Shown here piece after piece: positions 11,761-25,145 of a stretch of 64,000 nt of DNA. This stretch comes from Podarcis melisellensis (lineage: Eukaryota). Each line of letters begins with the position of its first letter. The stretch's first letter is position 1. The position numbers were made by a program, and so were the translations under genes. The stretch lies in NCBI GenBank assembly GCA_964234715.1, contig OZ174277.1. One strand, 5' to 3'. The notes beneath the pieces were generated by a model, which searched no databases, was not told the origin of the DNA, and saw nothing but the letters and a program-made list of their open reading frames with translations.

Positions 11761-14700
11761 TATAATTAAAATTATTCAGTGCATCAAAAATTATGGATAA
11801 GTATATTGTTCAAACATAAAATAATATTTATTTATAAAATCCTATTTATTTATCAAATGCTTTTCTCGTAGCTCTATGTTATCTTAGTGTTCTTAGCTAG
11901 TGAGTGTTTTTTACCTGACTTTGCAATGGTTTTTCTTTGTAAAAAGTTCTCCTTCGTCCTTCCTTTTTGCATGCAAAGTTGGTAGGGAAAGTGAAATACA
12001 GTAAAAGAGATTCCTACAAATTTCCCCCGAATATCTCCATGACTACACGGAGACATAGCAGAGTGAAGAAAACTGCTATTTACTCATGCCTAACTTGTGC
12101 AAAGGCACCAAGCAGATTTGCCGGTTAATTCAGATTATCGATTTGCTTTGTGAGCGTGATTCCTGTTCACACTGGGAGAACAGAAGGGGACAGATCAACC
12201 TGTGCCTGGAAGAATGAACTGTGCCTTTTTCTCTTTCTTCCCTTTATCAATAGCAGATCATTTCTTTCCTTAATAATTGCTTCAATACAGGAACCAAGAT
12301 TGCTGAAATTCCTCACAGCATCTACTCCTGTGAAAACAGAAGAGCCAATAAACAGTAGAGTTGAATAGCTCTTTTTTGTTCCTTAAAATCTAGGTCACAG
12401 CTCTTTTTTAAAAAATAAATCTTGAATTAGGGCTGCAGTTTGCATCAAAAGGATCATTTCTTTTGGGAAACGAAGGGAAGCCAGATAAAATGCCAGTAAA
12501 TATATAAGGAATGCATGCAAGATGGCCTCTCTACCTTTAGTTACTAACCAATATATAAATGCACTTGCATATGTGAATGTCTAGTAAAGAGACCGCCTCC
12601 AAGGTAGGAAGGGTTGCTTGTATAATGTCATAACAAAATAGTTTAATTGAACAATGCAAGCCAGTCTTCTGGCAAGTGTGCCATGAGCCAGGGCCAAATT
12701 ATGAGACGGTGCCACTCTAAAACATGCTCCATACACATGTGCCTTCCCATCCATGCCTGTTGAACTGAAGAAAAGAGAAACGGAAGTGAAAGTTGCTAGT
12801 ATTCGCTTATCCATCCTCTGTCTGGAATGGAAACCAATTCAGTAAATTCAATCACTATTTGCTGCTGTTGCTGCTTTCAATCTACAAACAGTGTGTTATT
12901 GATCACATTCCCTACCCCTGATTGCATTGTGTTTCCTTTTCATTGAAATGAATGGAGTGCAATAATGGGGTGACAATGTAAATTATGTAGATTCCATAAT
13001 TTATCTACAGTGGACAGCAAGACAAATAACATAGCTTTGGGTGGAAGATGAACTGCAGCATAAGAGAAACAGCACTGCCTGTGATGGAAACAGGGCAGAA
13101 CAGAAAGCAATGCTTCCTTACATCCCTGGCAGCCTGTATGTAACACTGTTTCTCTGCAGTTGTTGGGAATGCTGATAATATGGGTGTAATATCGAACACT
13201 TATTCCCTGGATTGACCAGCTACATTTAAGAATAAGGCATTTTGGCAAAAGTACAAGAACACTGAAATCAGTTTTCATTTTTTCCTCCTGAATCACTAAC
13301 CACTGTTAAAACTGAGATTAAATCAAACAGACATTCAACATCCAATGACTCAAGAGGACTCCATTTCCATTCTGTTTTGAGAAAGGTGCCTTAAACTGAT
13401 ATGTCACTGCAAACCAGGTGGTTGTGAATAATGTGGGAACGAGAGGAACAGAAAGCCAGCTACTTCCTGAAACTTGCACCTGAAAATAATAAGGCTGCCA
13501 TGTGATACATCCTTACTTGCAAGCACATTGCACTGAAATCAATATGAGTTACACCTAATTAGATGCATTTAGGATCGTATCCCTTCATATCACCTCAAGC
13601 ACTGTGTTTTTCAGGGGAATCAATTCACACATTCACTTGCCAGTCATTGAATACAGAGAAATGAAGTGTACATAAATAAAGGGATGTTGATTTCTGTCTG
13701 CTTTACTTTACCTTCCTGCCTCTCCTGACTTGCTTTCATCCTCTATCGTAAGCCTGTAGGCAGGGCCTGTGCTGCTTTTATTTACTTATTTTACTAAGTT
13801 TAGAAACTGCTGGATGATGATGATGATGATGATAATTTAAAACCAGTAAGGCACACTATTTTCTATTAATGTATTGATTTTCTTCTCTTTAGTGAAATGG
13901 ATTTGTAGCAGGGGAGAGACTGTGCTGAACCCACTGAGAGGTAATGTATCCTACCTTACCAGCCCCCACCCCACCTGCCTGAGACCTTTATAAAGTGTTG
14001 CTACTACCTAAGGGACATGACTGAGCATTTAGTCACCATTTTTAATTTATCAAATAAATACTGCAACTGTTTCTCTAAATGTCAGTTAACCAAGACAAAG
14101 GTGTGTGTTTTTATGCCTTAGAAATATGCCTCTTCAAAGTCAAAAAGAATGACAGTATTAGGCTTAAATGTTGGGAACTTTATCTCAGATTGAGGAAGAA
14201 ACACTTTATTTAGTTGAGGGTCACCTAGCTCATAAATGCTTGGATAAAATAAAGAGCCTTTGAACCTGATAAATCGATAATACCAGACAATGAAGCTTTT
14301 AGTTTTCTTGAAAAGAGTCATGTTGAAATTCACATTTCTTTTGTGATGCAGAACAACCAAGGACATGGAAGTATGTATGGCAGTGAGTGACAGCTTAGGA
14401 ACATGTACTTAACAAAGGTGACCAGTGCATTTGGGATTAAAATGCAGAGGTTGTGTAGTACCTTCATTGTAGAGCTAATAGGTAGCTTCAGCTTTAAACA
14501 CACTTGTCTGAACTCCTGTGAGATAACAGAGTTTGCATCTGCATTGGCTAATTAATATTTCCATCTGAAATGATGTCACTTGCCTGGGCAATATTCGTAG
14601 ATATGCAGCACAATTTTACAATATTGAGCAATATTAAAAGAAAGTTTACTTTCCCAGGTGTCTGATCAATTGCACAAGTCCCATTGAAATGAAGGTGAAT

Positions 14701-16813
14701 TGTACAAGAGCACAGTTATCTTTTGAATCATTTCAAAGGCTAGCTCCTTCTCCCTCTCTTCTAATAGTGCAATGAACACAGCCAAAGAGATGACCCAAAA
14801 TGAAGCAAGCAACTCAAAAGCAGCACAGCAACTTGCAGAACATTTTTTATTTCATGCACCCTTTTGTTCCTCTGGTTGCTACCGTATTTCTCAGCACCTT
14901 TTTCTACTTCCTATTCACGTGCTCACAACAAGAACCTAAAATCCCTGGAAATGGTAATTTTTTCCAGCAGTAGTCATGCAGAATGCAAAATGCAAAATGA
15001 CACTAGTGGTTATGGCTTTCCCCCCTTTAAAACTCTTAACTTTTGCTGGGCTGTCCCCTGTGAATTCTGGTATTAAAGATGGGTGGATTTTATTGCTTGG
15101 ATTGTTACTTCTGTGACTACACTAAGGAAGTTTATAAAAACCATTTATAGGTAATTGGAACTGCATGAAAGGAAAGGTACATATCACATTATATGTGCAG
15201 ATTTCTATTTTTTTATTTAAAAATCCCTCAAGATAATTTTAATATTTTGGGGAGAGCAAGTTTATGGTGTCAGATTGCCAGTTCAGCATTTTGAAGTTCC
15301 AGGGCAATGGAAAGTTGGGCCTTTGGGGAAATATCTGGCTTATTCTTCCAGTGAAGGAGAATTGTTTTCTGTCAAGAAGCAAGAGTGATGAAGGATGTTC
15401 TTGGTCCACAAATTAACCCACAATTTCCCCAGTACCATCATCTAGCTTAATTGGATGAAGATACAGCCTTCCTCCAACAACTTAGTATATAATTACATAA
15501 ACTTGCCATGATTTTCTCATTATATGATAGGCCGTTTTCAAACTGGCCTAGACATTTAATATTTGCTTAGAATCCTATCTATTATGTGCTTAGTTCATGT
15601 ATATAGGCACAATTACATTCTGGATAACTTAATTAATGACAAACTGCCTGCAGGCCTAAAAGAAAGTGATATGGATCCTTTCACCAGGTCACAATGGCAT
15701 GAGAAGCTAATTCTTTTATATTTAAAAAAATCATTTCCCCCTTCCAGGATAGTAAAACTGACAAAGAAAACTGGTGAATAACAATGGCAGAACAGCCAGC
15801 ATCTCATAATTTAAGCTTTCCTTTATGTGAAGATTTTCATGCTCTTAAAAATGATCTGACCTGCTGTCAACGTGCAATTTTGTTGCCCTCCACATTTTTG
15901 CTATGTACACATTAGTGGCTTAAAATGCATCAAGTCTGTTTTCCCCCACTGCATTTCAAGTCACCTTTGCATATTGCTGTACACACCACGGAGGAGACAC
16001 AGATGTCTGCATCAAGTGCCCATCACCTGTTTGGATGCCACACACCTGCAACCCCCAACACTTTATTAAATGGAGTTGTCATCTGCTCATGTGCAATTAC
16101 TGTCTCAAATGTACACACCTCAACTTAAGTATGGCTTGTGTTTTCAAATTAGATGGAAGCCGGTTTGAGGGAAACCACACGAAACAGCAGTGTTTCTTTT
16201 TAAAATAAAAAAATTAAAAATCCTTATCAGATAGATATAGATTGTAGCTATCATCATGTGTGCAAGGCTTCAAACACCAGTGATGGCATCACATTGGTAA
16301 ATGGTAATGTGAACACAGCCTCTTCTTATAATCTCTGTTCTTGTTTTGCTCTTTTGGTTTGATGGCTACAAACCACAAAGGCAGCTTTCCTTGTTTTTAA
16401 AAACATCAGCTATAAATTTACTAATAGCCCAGTCTGTTCCAGTGGTCTTGGATCTTATATATAAACATGTTCAGGATCCCAGTTTAATTCATTAGCAGAA
16501 ATGTTGATAAGTAATACAGCTTAGTCCCATGAAGATGAAGGCAAGGAGTGGTTTCCAGATGTTAAACAAGCATAAGGCTGTTCATGCAATACAGCTTTCT
16601 TGCCCACTTCTTCTCACTTCCGTCTTCTCCCACTGTAATTGTACTGGGGGTTGGGTTGGAAGGCCCAAAGGAAAAATGGGATAAGATACGGGGGAGGGAA
16701 TTGAAGTGAGAGGGGAAATTTGAGAAAATCAGGTGGTGGAAGCTTGAATGAGCAGACAACTCTTTGAGATAGCTTAGGCTGATACCCTGTCAGACATTGA
16801 AAGAACAGACGGA

Positions 16814-17199
16814 GTAGCAATGGAGGAGAAAACTGATTCAGTTTGCATTTAAAGGTGAACCCCCTAATTCACACTTTTCTCATTAATGCATGGACTGAAA
16901 CACAACCGTTTTCCAAAGCATACACTTCTCCCAAAAAATTAGGCCAAGTCATGTGTACAAAAATGTATATACTTGTGTAAACTGTGCATATGTTACTAAA
17001 AATAGCATGCAAAAATATTTGGAGGAAATGTGTATATTAGGCAAAATTGCATATGAACATGTACAGATAAAGTCAAAAGTAAATACTGATGAATTCCATG
17101 AGGACTTTAAAAAAATGCAAATTGTGCAAAAATGTGGAGAACTTAACTTAATTTGGGGGAAATGAGAAAATCTCAAATTGACAGATTCAGCCATCCCTA
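16814..17199. mobile_element. hAT/Ac-like MITE (TAGGGATG...CATCCCTA family)
   Basis: Ends in CCATCCCTA, with a degenerate left end TAGCAATGGAGGAGAAAACTGATTCAGTTTGCATTT. An intact-looking left end TAGGGATGGGG...TTCAGATTGCATTT occurs at 38370. Partial copies near 27440, 36080 and 43240. Confidence 0.55.
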
Positions 17200-18378
17200 T
17201 GAAATCTCTACCACTCCACACTTAGGTGGAGATCTACATGGACCTTGGTACACATGAAGGACCCCTTCACATTGTAACTACACACATGACTGGCTGGAGA
17301 CATTGCCTGCTGCCTGAGTCAGCACTGGAGAGTGAGATGATGCAGCATGGTATCCTGACATATTATTTCAGTGCATGGGGTGGGGCAGGTTGCGTGATTT
17401 GCATCAATAGGTAAATAGTGGTTCCAATGTGCATAGCCCCATCCAAACCAACAATATTGTGCACTTGAACCTCATTGGCCCTTTGTCAAGCCAATCACAG
17501 ACGATGACACAGTGGGTCAAAATAAGATTGAGAAAATAAGATTGAAAACCAAGATTATCTTACTAGGAGATTTCAGATGACTGAAAAAAAATCACTGCAG
17601 ACATTAAAAACACACAGTCTTTCTCTGGTTCTAGATCCCTCAACAATTTACAGAACAAAACATTCAGACATTAGTTGATTTCAACAAAGGACTAGCCAGC
17701 AGTGCATTCCATGTGGTTTAGGATGCTTGTAAATCTGCCCCCCTCTCCGCATGCTGTTTAGTGCTCTATTCTTTTAATCACAGGGACACCATATAATTTA
17801 AGGGCTTGATCGACTTTAAATCAGCACTTTTCCACTGCAAGCCAAGTCTTTGAACTTTCAAATGCAGGTTGTTTCCAAAGAGAGACATGTTTGTGGCCTA
17901 ATTAAAAAATCTGCCCCAATTTGTGCAGAAACTCTCCTTTTTGCTGTTTTTGTTTTTGCACATGTGCATCGGGGGTCGGAATGAATAATAAATCAGGCCT
18001 GCAATACTTAATCTACATAGTGACTTACTCCCATTACCACTACAGCTCTTTCACACGCTAGCAGTAGTTTAAAGCCAACCTAATTAAGGAAAAATATACA
18101 GATAACAGCTGCATTAGTGATGCACATTGATGGATGCGACAGTTTTCATAGTCTGGTTTAATGTACACCAAACATGATTCACTGTTGCCCCAAAACCAAA
18201 ATAAACATCTTGTAAGATACTTATAAATATATAATAGTGTATAAAACAAGCTGTTCAAACTGCTTCAGATTTCTGACTAGCCGACTTCTCCTAGGTCTAA
18301 TATAGCCACGCACACATGAGAACGCTAATGATGTTACAGTAAAGAGAACAATGTTCAGTTTGACTGATGGAAGGATTC

Positions 18379-18396
18379 AGGTGCCACCTAGTGGAT
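18379..18396 (-). promoter_or_regulatory. Candidate CTCF-binding motif
   Basis: Minus strand reads CCACTAGGTGGCAC, matching the CTCF core CCAC(C/T)AG(A/G)(G/T)GGC(A/G)C. Motif match only. Confidence 0.4.
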
Positions 18397-18483
18397 GAAT
18401 CTGACATTAAAAAAGTCGGGGGGAGTGTTCAGAACAGGATAACAGAAGATTTTTTTACCTTTACCTTTAACAGTAGGTACAGT

Positions 18484-18517
18484 AGTACATCTAATGAAGG
18501 AGTACATCTAATGAAGG
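18484..18517. repeat. Perfect 17-bp tandem duplication
   Basis: AGTACATCTAATGAAGG x2. Confidence 0.9.
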
Positions 18518-19093
18518 CTAACTTCCTAACAGTCTGAACACTGCCAGAACTCTGAACAAGTAGTCTTGTTCTGTGTATTGCACATCTGTAAAAGGGATGC
18601 CTTTTGCAGGAATTTTTCCCAACCCGCCCAAAGTGATGTCTTATCTAGGGTGAATTATTTGCAAAAGTGTGAGGGGGAAGAAGTATACATCTCTATTGCT
18701 GAGTAGCTTGCAAGTTGCACATCATTAATTAGTTACAGACAGAAATAGGATGGTGAGATTTATTCAGATTTTTATCCAGATATGTGTCCCCATTCACATT
18801 TTTAGATTGCAAGCAGAACACCAGGACAGTTTCGGTATAACAACAACAAAGTTTCAGTGAATCTCCTAGAATTATGTGTAGCTACAACTAGAACAATCTT
18901 GCCACCTAGCACAGGTGGACAATGAAATGACCTATACAGTGCAGAAGAGGAGAGTGACCCTAGTTGTAGGAACTATAGAGATGCTCTCCTTTATTTCCTT
19001 AGTTTTATCTATTACATTTAGATTTCACTCCTCCTTCCAAAGGAGTCCAGTTGTGAGCAGGCACCAAAAATGTGTGAAAGGCAGTGTATGTCA

Positions 19094-19134
<41 letters not shown>

Positions 19135-19149
19135 CACACACACACACAC
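19094..19149. repeat. (CT)n(CA)n microsatellite
   Basis: Directly visible. Confidence 0.95.
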
Positions 19150-20246
19150 CCCACTGGCAGCTTTTACATAAAAATCAAATCCTTCTGCAGCATCAGTTAC
19201 ACAAGGTATGTCGTCTGTATTCCTCCTAGTCAGGCCTACCCTGTGCATGCATTGGTCATGCCATGCCTTGACTTCTAATTGCAATGCAAAACTTCATGGA
19301 ACAAAGTTTTAAAAGCAGGTATATCAGCAATATATATAGCAACTGTCTGTTCTTGGTCCACTTTAGCCTACAGTGGGCTTTAGCCTACAGAAGAACAGAA
19401 CACCCTGGCTTTCTTCAGGCACTCCTTTCTATACATCCCTCAAAGGAGCTAACAGGGGGTAGGCATGCTCACACCTCCCTAGCACTACTACAAATCAAAG
19501 GAAGGGAGGAGCCTTGCAGAGTACCAACCAAAATGTGTGCTGAGCCTCCATGCGTAGTGCAGACTCTATACTGCAGACGGTCACCCTCTAACTAGTAGAG
19601 GGCTGCAATGAGAGTACAGAAGAGAGTTTTCTCCTCCATCTGATGTTAACAGTGTGGAGAAGGTAACACCAGAAGAGGGCTCCTGTCATAAGAACATTGG
19701 GTCAAGCAACTTCCAGTTAATTCCTGTCTTTAACATAATTCCCAAAAATGTCAGTGTGCACTATGACTCCCTTTGCTCCATTGCCTTATATTGGTGAGAT
19801 TTGCTTTGTGTCTATCCAAATTATTCTCCTGTTGATATTGGTTGGATACACTGTACTGTAACCCATCCGTGTTCTTATATTCTATATGTATGAATGTTCT
19901 GCTGATTTTATTGTACCACATAAGCTCTGATCCATCAAACTCTTTTCTGGTCAGATCTCTTTAAAATTCTCCTAATTTAATTATTTCCAAGAAGGAGTGC
20001 ATTGTGATTTCTAAAAAAAAGAGAGAAAAGCTTGCAATCCTAGAATCAGCCAATTAGTCAATATGAAGCTATAACCCTTCTGGCCTGCAGTCCTACATCT
20101 GTTCAGTTTCAGTTCTTTGCTATGTATGAATATAAACATTCACAAATATGCTTTATAATAGATTTATTTAGCTAATCTGCAGGGCAGGTATCTTGATGCA
20201 GCATACACTTGAGGGAACATTCTGGCTGAAATGGAGTATTTTTAAG

Positions 20247-20310
20247 TCCCATTGATTTTAGTGGGGGAATTAAGCATTTCCTTAATGCTTCCCCGTTGAA
20301 ATCAATGGAA
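20247..20310. repeat. Old palindromic interspersed repeat (CCCATTGA..TCAATGG family)
   Basis: CCATTGATTTTAGTGGGGGAATTAAG folds back on CTTAATGCTTCCCCGTTGAAATCAATGG. Similar motifs occur near 9360, 14680, 35290, 41005, 41420-41840, 43090 and 44550. Confidence 0.5.
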
Positions 20311-21282
20311 AGTAAATATGATTAAAGTTGGCTTGATTGTGAGCTTTGCAGCGCAGAGGTTCACAGCATGAAATGAGAAGGTAGCTGTTTGAATTGGGCA
20401 TTAAGGTGTTGCAGTTCATATAGGGCATATCTTGCCCCAGGATTAGGTGTGGCAGCAGCGACAATTGCTCAGCAGCAGCCTTCTGTGCATAAGGGCTCAG
20501 TCATTTATCTCACATGGTCTGCCCTTGTTGCAATGGCTGGCAATCATGCCCCCTTTGGCTTTCCCAAAAGTAACATTTCTCTTGGAAACTTGGAAATTTT
20601 ACACATAAAATGATATTAAATGACTTGGGGAAATGCTAAAGCTTCTCAGCAACAAGTACAACATGAAGATAATTATTCAGATCCTATACACCTTTCCTCT
20701 GAAGAGCCCACGTCAGAATCCTTCCAACATTGTGAATGTTCTCAGTGAGTAGCAACTGAGAAGAAGAAAATACCACGTATTTAGGAATAAGATCCTCAGA
20801 AGCAAATAGCATTAACAACACTGATTTTTGATCAGACAAAATTGCGTACATAACAATCCAAGACATCTGACGAATCTTGCACATATTCAAGTGACACGGA
20901 GTTGCCAACATATGATTCTACCTCATGGACTTCATGGGAAACCACCACTGAAGGCTGCAATGATGTGATCTATAGAAAAGTCACAAAACTCATTTTAGGA
21001 CATTTTAAATTTCAGTATATTATTTCATACACATACATACTTTTCCAGGTTTTGGTTGTTGGAACTACTGGAGTAAAGACACAATGTCTTCCAAGTCTCT
21101 TAGGTTTTACAGGAGATCAAGGCACTGATCACAGGAGATATAGAAGACATTCATTCAAAATGTAGCTCTGTTTCTAGGGAAATTGTTTTTCTAACACTCA
21201 AACCATAAACTTGGCATCACAGTTGAACACAAACCATTGTATACGTCTCTGATGCCCACATAGTTCTCCTGTATTTAAGAAC

Positions 21283-21679
21283 CATAGCATCATAGAATTG
21301 TAGAGCTGGAAGGTATCTCAAGGGTCATTTAGTCCAACCCTCTACAATGCAGGAATCTCAACTAAATCATCCATGACAGGTGACAATCTTCAAGAAAGTA
21401 GAGTCCACAACTTCCCAACTATTCGGGAATGGTCCATTCCACTGCTGAACAGCTCTTACTGCCAGGAAGTTCTTCCTAATGTTTCATCAGAATCTCTTTC
21501 TTGTAAGTTGAAGCCATTGGTTTGAGTCCTACTCTCCAGAGCAGGAGAAAGCAAGCTTGTCCCCTCTTCCATGTGACAGCCCTTCAGATATTTGAAGATG
21601 GCTATCCAGACGCTTGATCATCTTAGTTGCCTTCCTTAGTTGTCAACATCTTTCTTAAATTGTGGTGCCCAGAATTGAG
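21283..21679 (-). mobile_element. CR1 LINE 3' fragment
   Basis: CATAGAAT (rc of an ATTCTATG tail), GGTCATTTAGTCCAACCC, and rc ORF2-end sequence AAGTTCTTCCTAATGTT...CCCTTCAGATATTTGAAGATGGCTATC. Confidence 0.85.
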
Positions 21680-23372
21680 TTTCCTTCCATTTTTTCTCTC
21701 TCTTATAGAGTCATTTCTTATCCTCTGTGACATACCTCCAAGCAGATCTATCCATGAACTAGAATGAACCAAAAAAAATGCAATGGTCTGAACAATCACT
21801 TTATCCATATGAGTTGGTCAAGTGTTTCCTGGAGGTGTTTCTACAATTACGGAACTGTCTTCTCCCGAGGCCAACCAATGCCTGAGATTAAGCACCATCT
21901 GGAAATGGCATCAGGTTTTGCATTGAGTGGCTAGGGTTAAAACATGTCAATGATTTATTTTAATAGGCTCTATTTTAAAAGCAGTGTATTAAAATAAATT
22001 TTAGCATTTGATATATGGTAGACTGGGCGCCACATGGGGAATCACAGGGAAGGCAACAGGACTCTACATTTCAATGATGGAATGAGCTATGCCACCATTT
22101 ATCATGCTATTGCAGAGAGAAGGCACAAAAGGCTTAGGAACAGAATTTTCATCCTTTGTTAGCAGGAGAGCTGCAAGCAGGTAAACTGCTAAATTGTTGT
22201 TTAAGTGAAGTAAAGGTTGAATCTGACTGCTTTCTTATTGCTGCGAGCGAGCTCCGTAGCTTATGAGCTTTTGTGTTCTGTAGGAAATGAAAAAGAATAG
22301 AACTGGATTACTTTCCTTGTGCAGGTCTGAGGTCAACTAAAAACAGCTTTCAGGTCAATCTCTCTGCTTCACATTTCAGAGTGGTCGGCACATCCCAGTT
22401 AGCATCGCTTGGGAAAAAGAAGAAAAGATGCAGTTCTTCCATGCGCTGCTTTCTAAAAAGGGTCCAGACATGGCTTGCAACCTATTATTACTTTGGAAAC
22501 TCTCTTTCACCGGAATTAAATTCCCCCAAATGCTCAGTTAGAATCTTGCTCATCTCAGCAGGATTTTACCCTCACTGGACAGGTATCAGAATTGCGGAGT
22601 CATTCTTGCTGTTAAGTGTGAGTGGCTTTCCTATTAGCACATCACAAACATGGGAGAACAAGGTCGGTTCAAGACCGTGCTACTGGACCTGCCCTGGCAC
22701 GGTGTGTGCTGATATTCATACGTGTAGCAGGACATGTGAAAAGGGGAGCATACAGACATTCAGGTATGTGTGCACTGGAACTCTGTGCTATCAGAACCCA
22801 TGCATTGCTGAAAATTCCCATCATATAGTTTGTTTATGCAGTCTCGGTGAGGAGCCTTCCTTTAGATATATTGTGCTAAATGCACAAGCATCAAGGACGT
22901 GGAGCCAGCTGTGTGTGTGACGTATGCATTTCTTCCATGCATGGAGAATGAGTGAATGGGGATGCTAGAATGCCCAGGTGTGCTCAAAGGTGCCACCTGG
23001 GAGCAATGGCTGCATCTGTACTAGTGTAGAAAAAACTGTCTGTTAGTTCAGCCCAGTCTGTCTTTCAAGCTGCCTTTGTGGGAAGTCACACAACGGCACC
23101 TGACATGTTTTTTTAAAAAAACAGTTTGTTGAATTGGGCAAAGAGGATTCCCTGCTCAAAGGAAATACACTCTCTGCATGCAACGGGGCACATTTCCTGT
23201 GGGTCCTTTTTATTTTTTAAAAAACAGACTCCTTAGCTAGGGGGAAGAAACTCAGGGAATGTTCATGCTTCAAATAGGGGATGGATAGAAAGGAGGCCTT
23301 AATGAAATGCACAAGCCCTGCCACCCAACACTCATTATCTATATCATGTCCCACAGAAGCTCTGAAACAGTA

Positions 23373-23597
23373 CAGTGGTACCTCAGGTTACATACGCTTC
23401 AGGTTACGGACTCCACTAACCCAGAAATAGTGCTTCAGGTTAAGAACTTTGCTTCAGGATGAGAACAGAAATCGTGCCCCGCAGTGCGGCGGCAGCAGGA
23501 GGCCCCATTAGCTAAAGTGGTGCTTCAGGTTAAGAACAGTTTCAGGTTAAGTACGGACCTCTGGAATGAATTAAGTACTTAAGCTGAGGTACCACTG
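23373..23597. mobile_element. Tc1/mariner (pogo/Tigger-like) MITE
   Basis: TIRs CAGTGGTACCTCAG / CTGAGGTACCACTG flanked by TA dinucleotides. A second copy lies at 37623-37837. Confidence 0.9.
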
Positions 23598-24342
23598 TAG
23601 TTAAAGAGCTACAGCAAAACTTGGGGGATCTGCCCTCTTGTAATTCAGGCATGGCATGCTTCAAAGCATGAAATCCTTAGGTGCCTGCTTTTCCGTAAAC
23701 ATAAAGATTCCAACTCTAGGAGCTGTCAGTCTCAAATGAAAAGTGTACAGAGTGAGTCACACGCATGAGCAACATGTTTTGAGCCTTTACTTGCTGTCTC
23801 TCCCTCTTTATTGATAGACTTGTAGGGAGAAGAGGTTTATTTAGTTAGGAATGAGATAACGAAGCAGGAGATGCCACCTGCTCTGTGTGTGCTGTTTGCT
23901 ATCAGCCCAACTAGCAGCATCTTGTAGGTACAATGAAAGATAACCAGAGAGCGAGAGATAGCAGGCTTTGTGGTTCTGCAGATTAAACAGGACAGCAGGG
24001 TAATCAGACAAGGAATGTTAAAAGAGTGGGCACTGAACTACTCTGGAGTTTTGAGACTCAACGGCAACAATTTTATGTGCTGCTTGTGAATGGAAGTGTA
24101 TGTCTGCATCTGCTAGCCTTCTTTGCTTAATTGCTTTTGGAGCATTGCTTAGATATAGTACAGTTGGGCTTTTCAAGAGCCTGTCAGTATGACAGGTTGT
24201 ATTTATGTTCCCCCATAAAAGTGGCAGGCTCTATTGTCTGTCCCTGTACATTTCCCCATCCATACTACGCATATTTTCTCCATCCATACTCCACATGCAG
24301 ACAGAGAAAGCAAAGGAGGGAAGGAAGGAGGAGGGGCTGGCT

Positions 24343-24344
24343 GG

Positions 24345-24388
<44 letters not shown>

Positions 24389-24390
24389 CA
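24343..24390. repeat. (GGCA)12 tetranucleotide microsatellite
   Basis: Directly visible. Confidence 0.95.
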
Positions 24391-24425
24391 AGCAGAGACC
24401 ACTTCCAGATGAATTCCCCCTCTCT

Positions 24426-25145
24426 CAGACCCTCCAAGTGTCCCTATTTGCCAGGGTCAGTTTCATATATACAAACAAACGGTCCCAGTTTCTGATTTAA
24501 TCCTGGAATGTCCCTATTTTCTTCAGAGAAATGTTGGAGGGTATGGAGTTATGCGACACCCAAGCCAAGGAGATAAGTAACTATACAATCATTAGAAGAC
24601 ATCTGAAAGCAACCCTGAATAGGGAAGTTTTTTTAAAAAAAAATTTAGTGTTTTATTATGTTTCCATATATGTTTTTATTATGTTTCTATATATGTTGGA
24701 GGGATGCAGGGAGTGCTGTGGGTTAAACCACAGAGCCTAGGACTTGCCGATCAGAAGGTCGGCGGTTCGAATCCCCGTAACGGGGTGAGCTACCGTTGCT
24801 CGGTCCCTGCTCCTGCCAACCTAGCAGTTCAAAAGCACATCAAAGTGCAAGTAGATAAATAGGTACCACTCCAGCAGGAAGGTAAACAGCATTTCTGTGC
24901 GCTGCCACATGACCCGGAAGCTGTACGCCGGCTCCCTCGGCCAATAAAGCAAGATGAGCACCGCACCCCCAGAGTCGGGGGTCCCTTTACCTTTACCTTT
25001 ATATATGTTGGAGGCCACTCGGAGTGGCTGGGGCAACCTAGTCAGAGGGGCGGAGTATAAATAATAAAATAATACAATTATTGTTATTACTATTATTATG
25101 GAATAGGGCGTCCCTATTTTCATCGGAGAAATGCTGGAGGGAATG
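24426..25145. mobile_element. Composite hAT-like MITE containing an L2 3' end, later interrupted by a Sauria SINE
   Basis: Left end CAGACCCTCCAA. The right-end block TCCCTATTTTC..GAGAAATG(T/C)TGGAGGG(T/A)ATG occurs twice (24511-24545 and 25111-25145). The sequence between is homologous to the L2 tail at 47950-48113. Outer 8-bp flanks CCCTCTCT / CTCTCTAT match 6/8. Confidence 0.6.
24701..24999 (+). mobile_element. Sauria SINE with internal deletions
   Basis: B box GGTTCGAATCCC, Sauria core and CCTTTACCTTTACC tail. 13-bp TSD TATATATGTTGGA at 24688-24700 and 25000-25012. Confidence 0.95.

Noticed and set aside
13300-13480. Possible minus-strand exon after TTATTTTCAG
   Set aside because: The translation is unrecognisable and no donor precedes the stop. 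Isolated splice-like motifs (also near 3686 and 50890) are expected by chance.
22381-22920. 179-aa plus-strand ORF
   Set aside because: No recognisable domain, GTG start, and the distal half appears to be old repeat sequence. A short exon here cannot be fully excluded.
23373-23597. Regularly recurring CTTCAGGTTA motifs resembling a CRISPR-like array
   Set aside because: These are internal repeats of a TA-flanked MITE with irregular spacing, in a eukaryotic context with no cas genes.
24131-24500. Several overlapping ORFs with QAGR/ACLP repeats
   Set aside because: Produced by the (GGCA)12 microsatellite.
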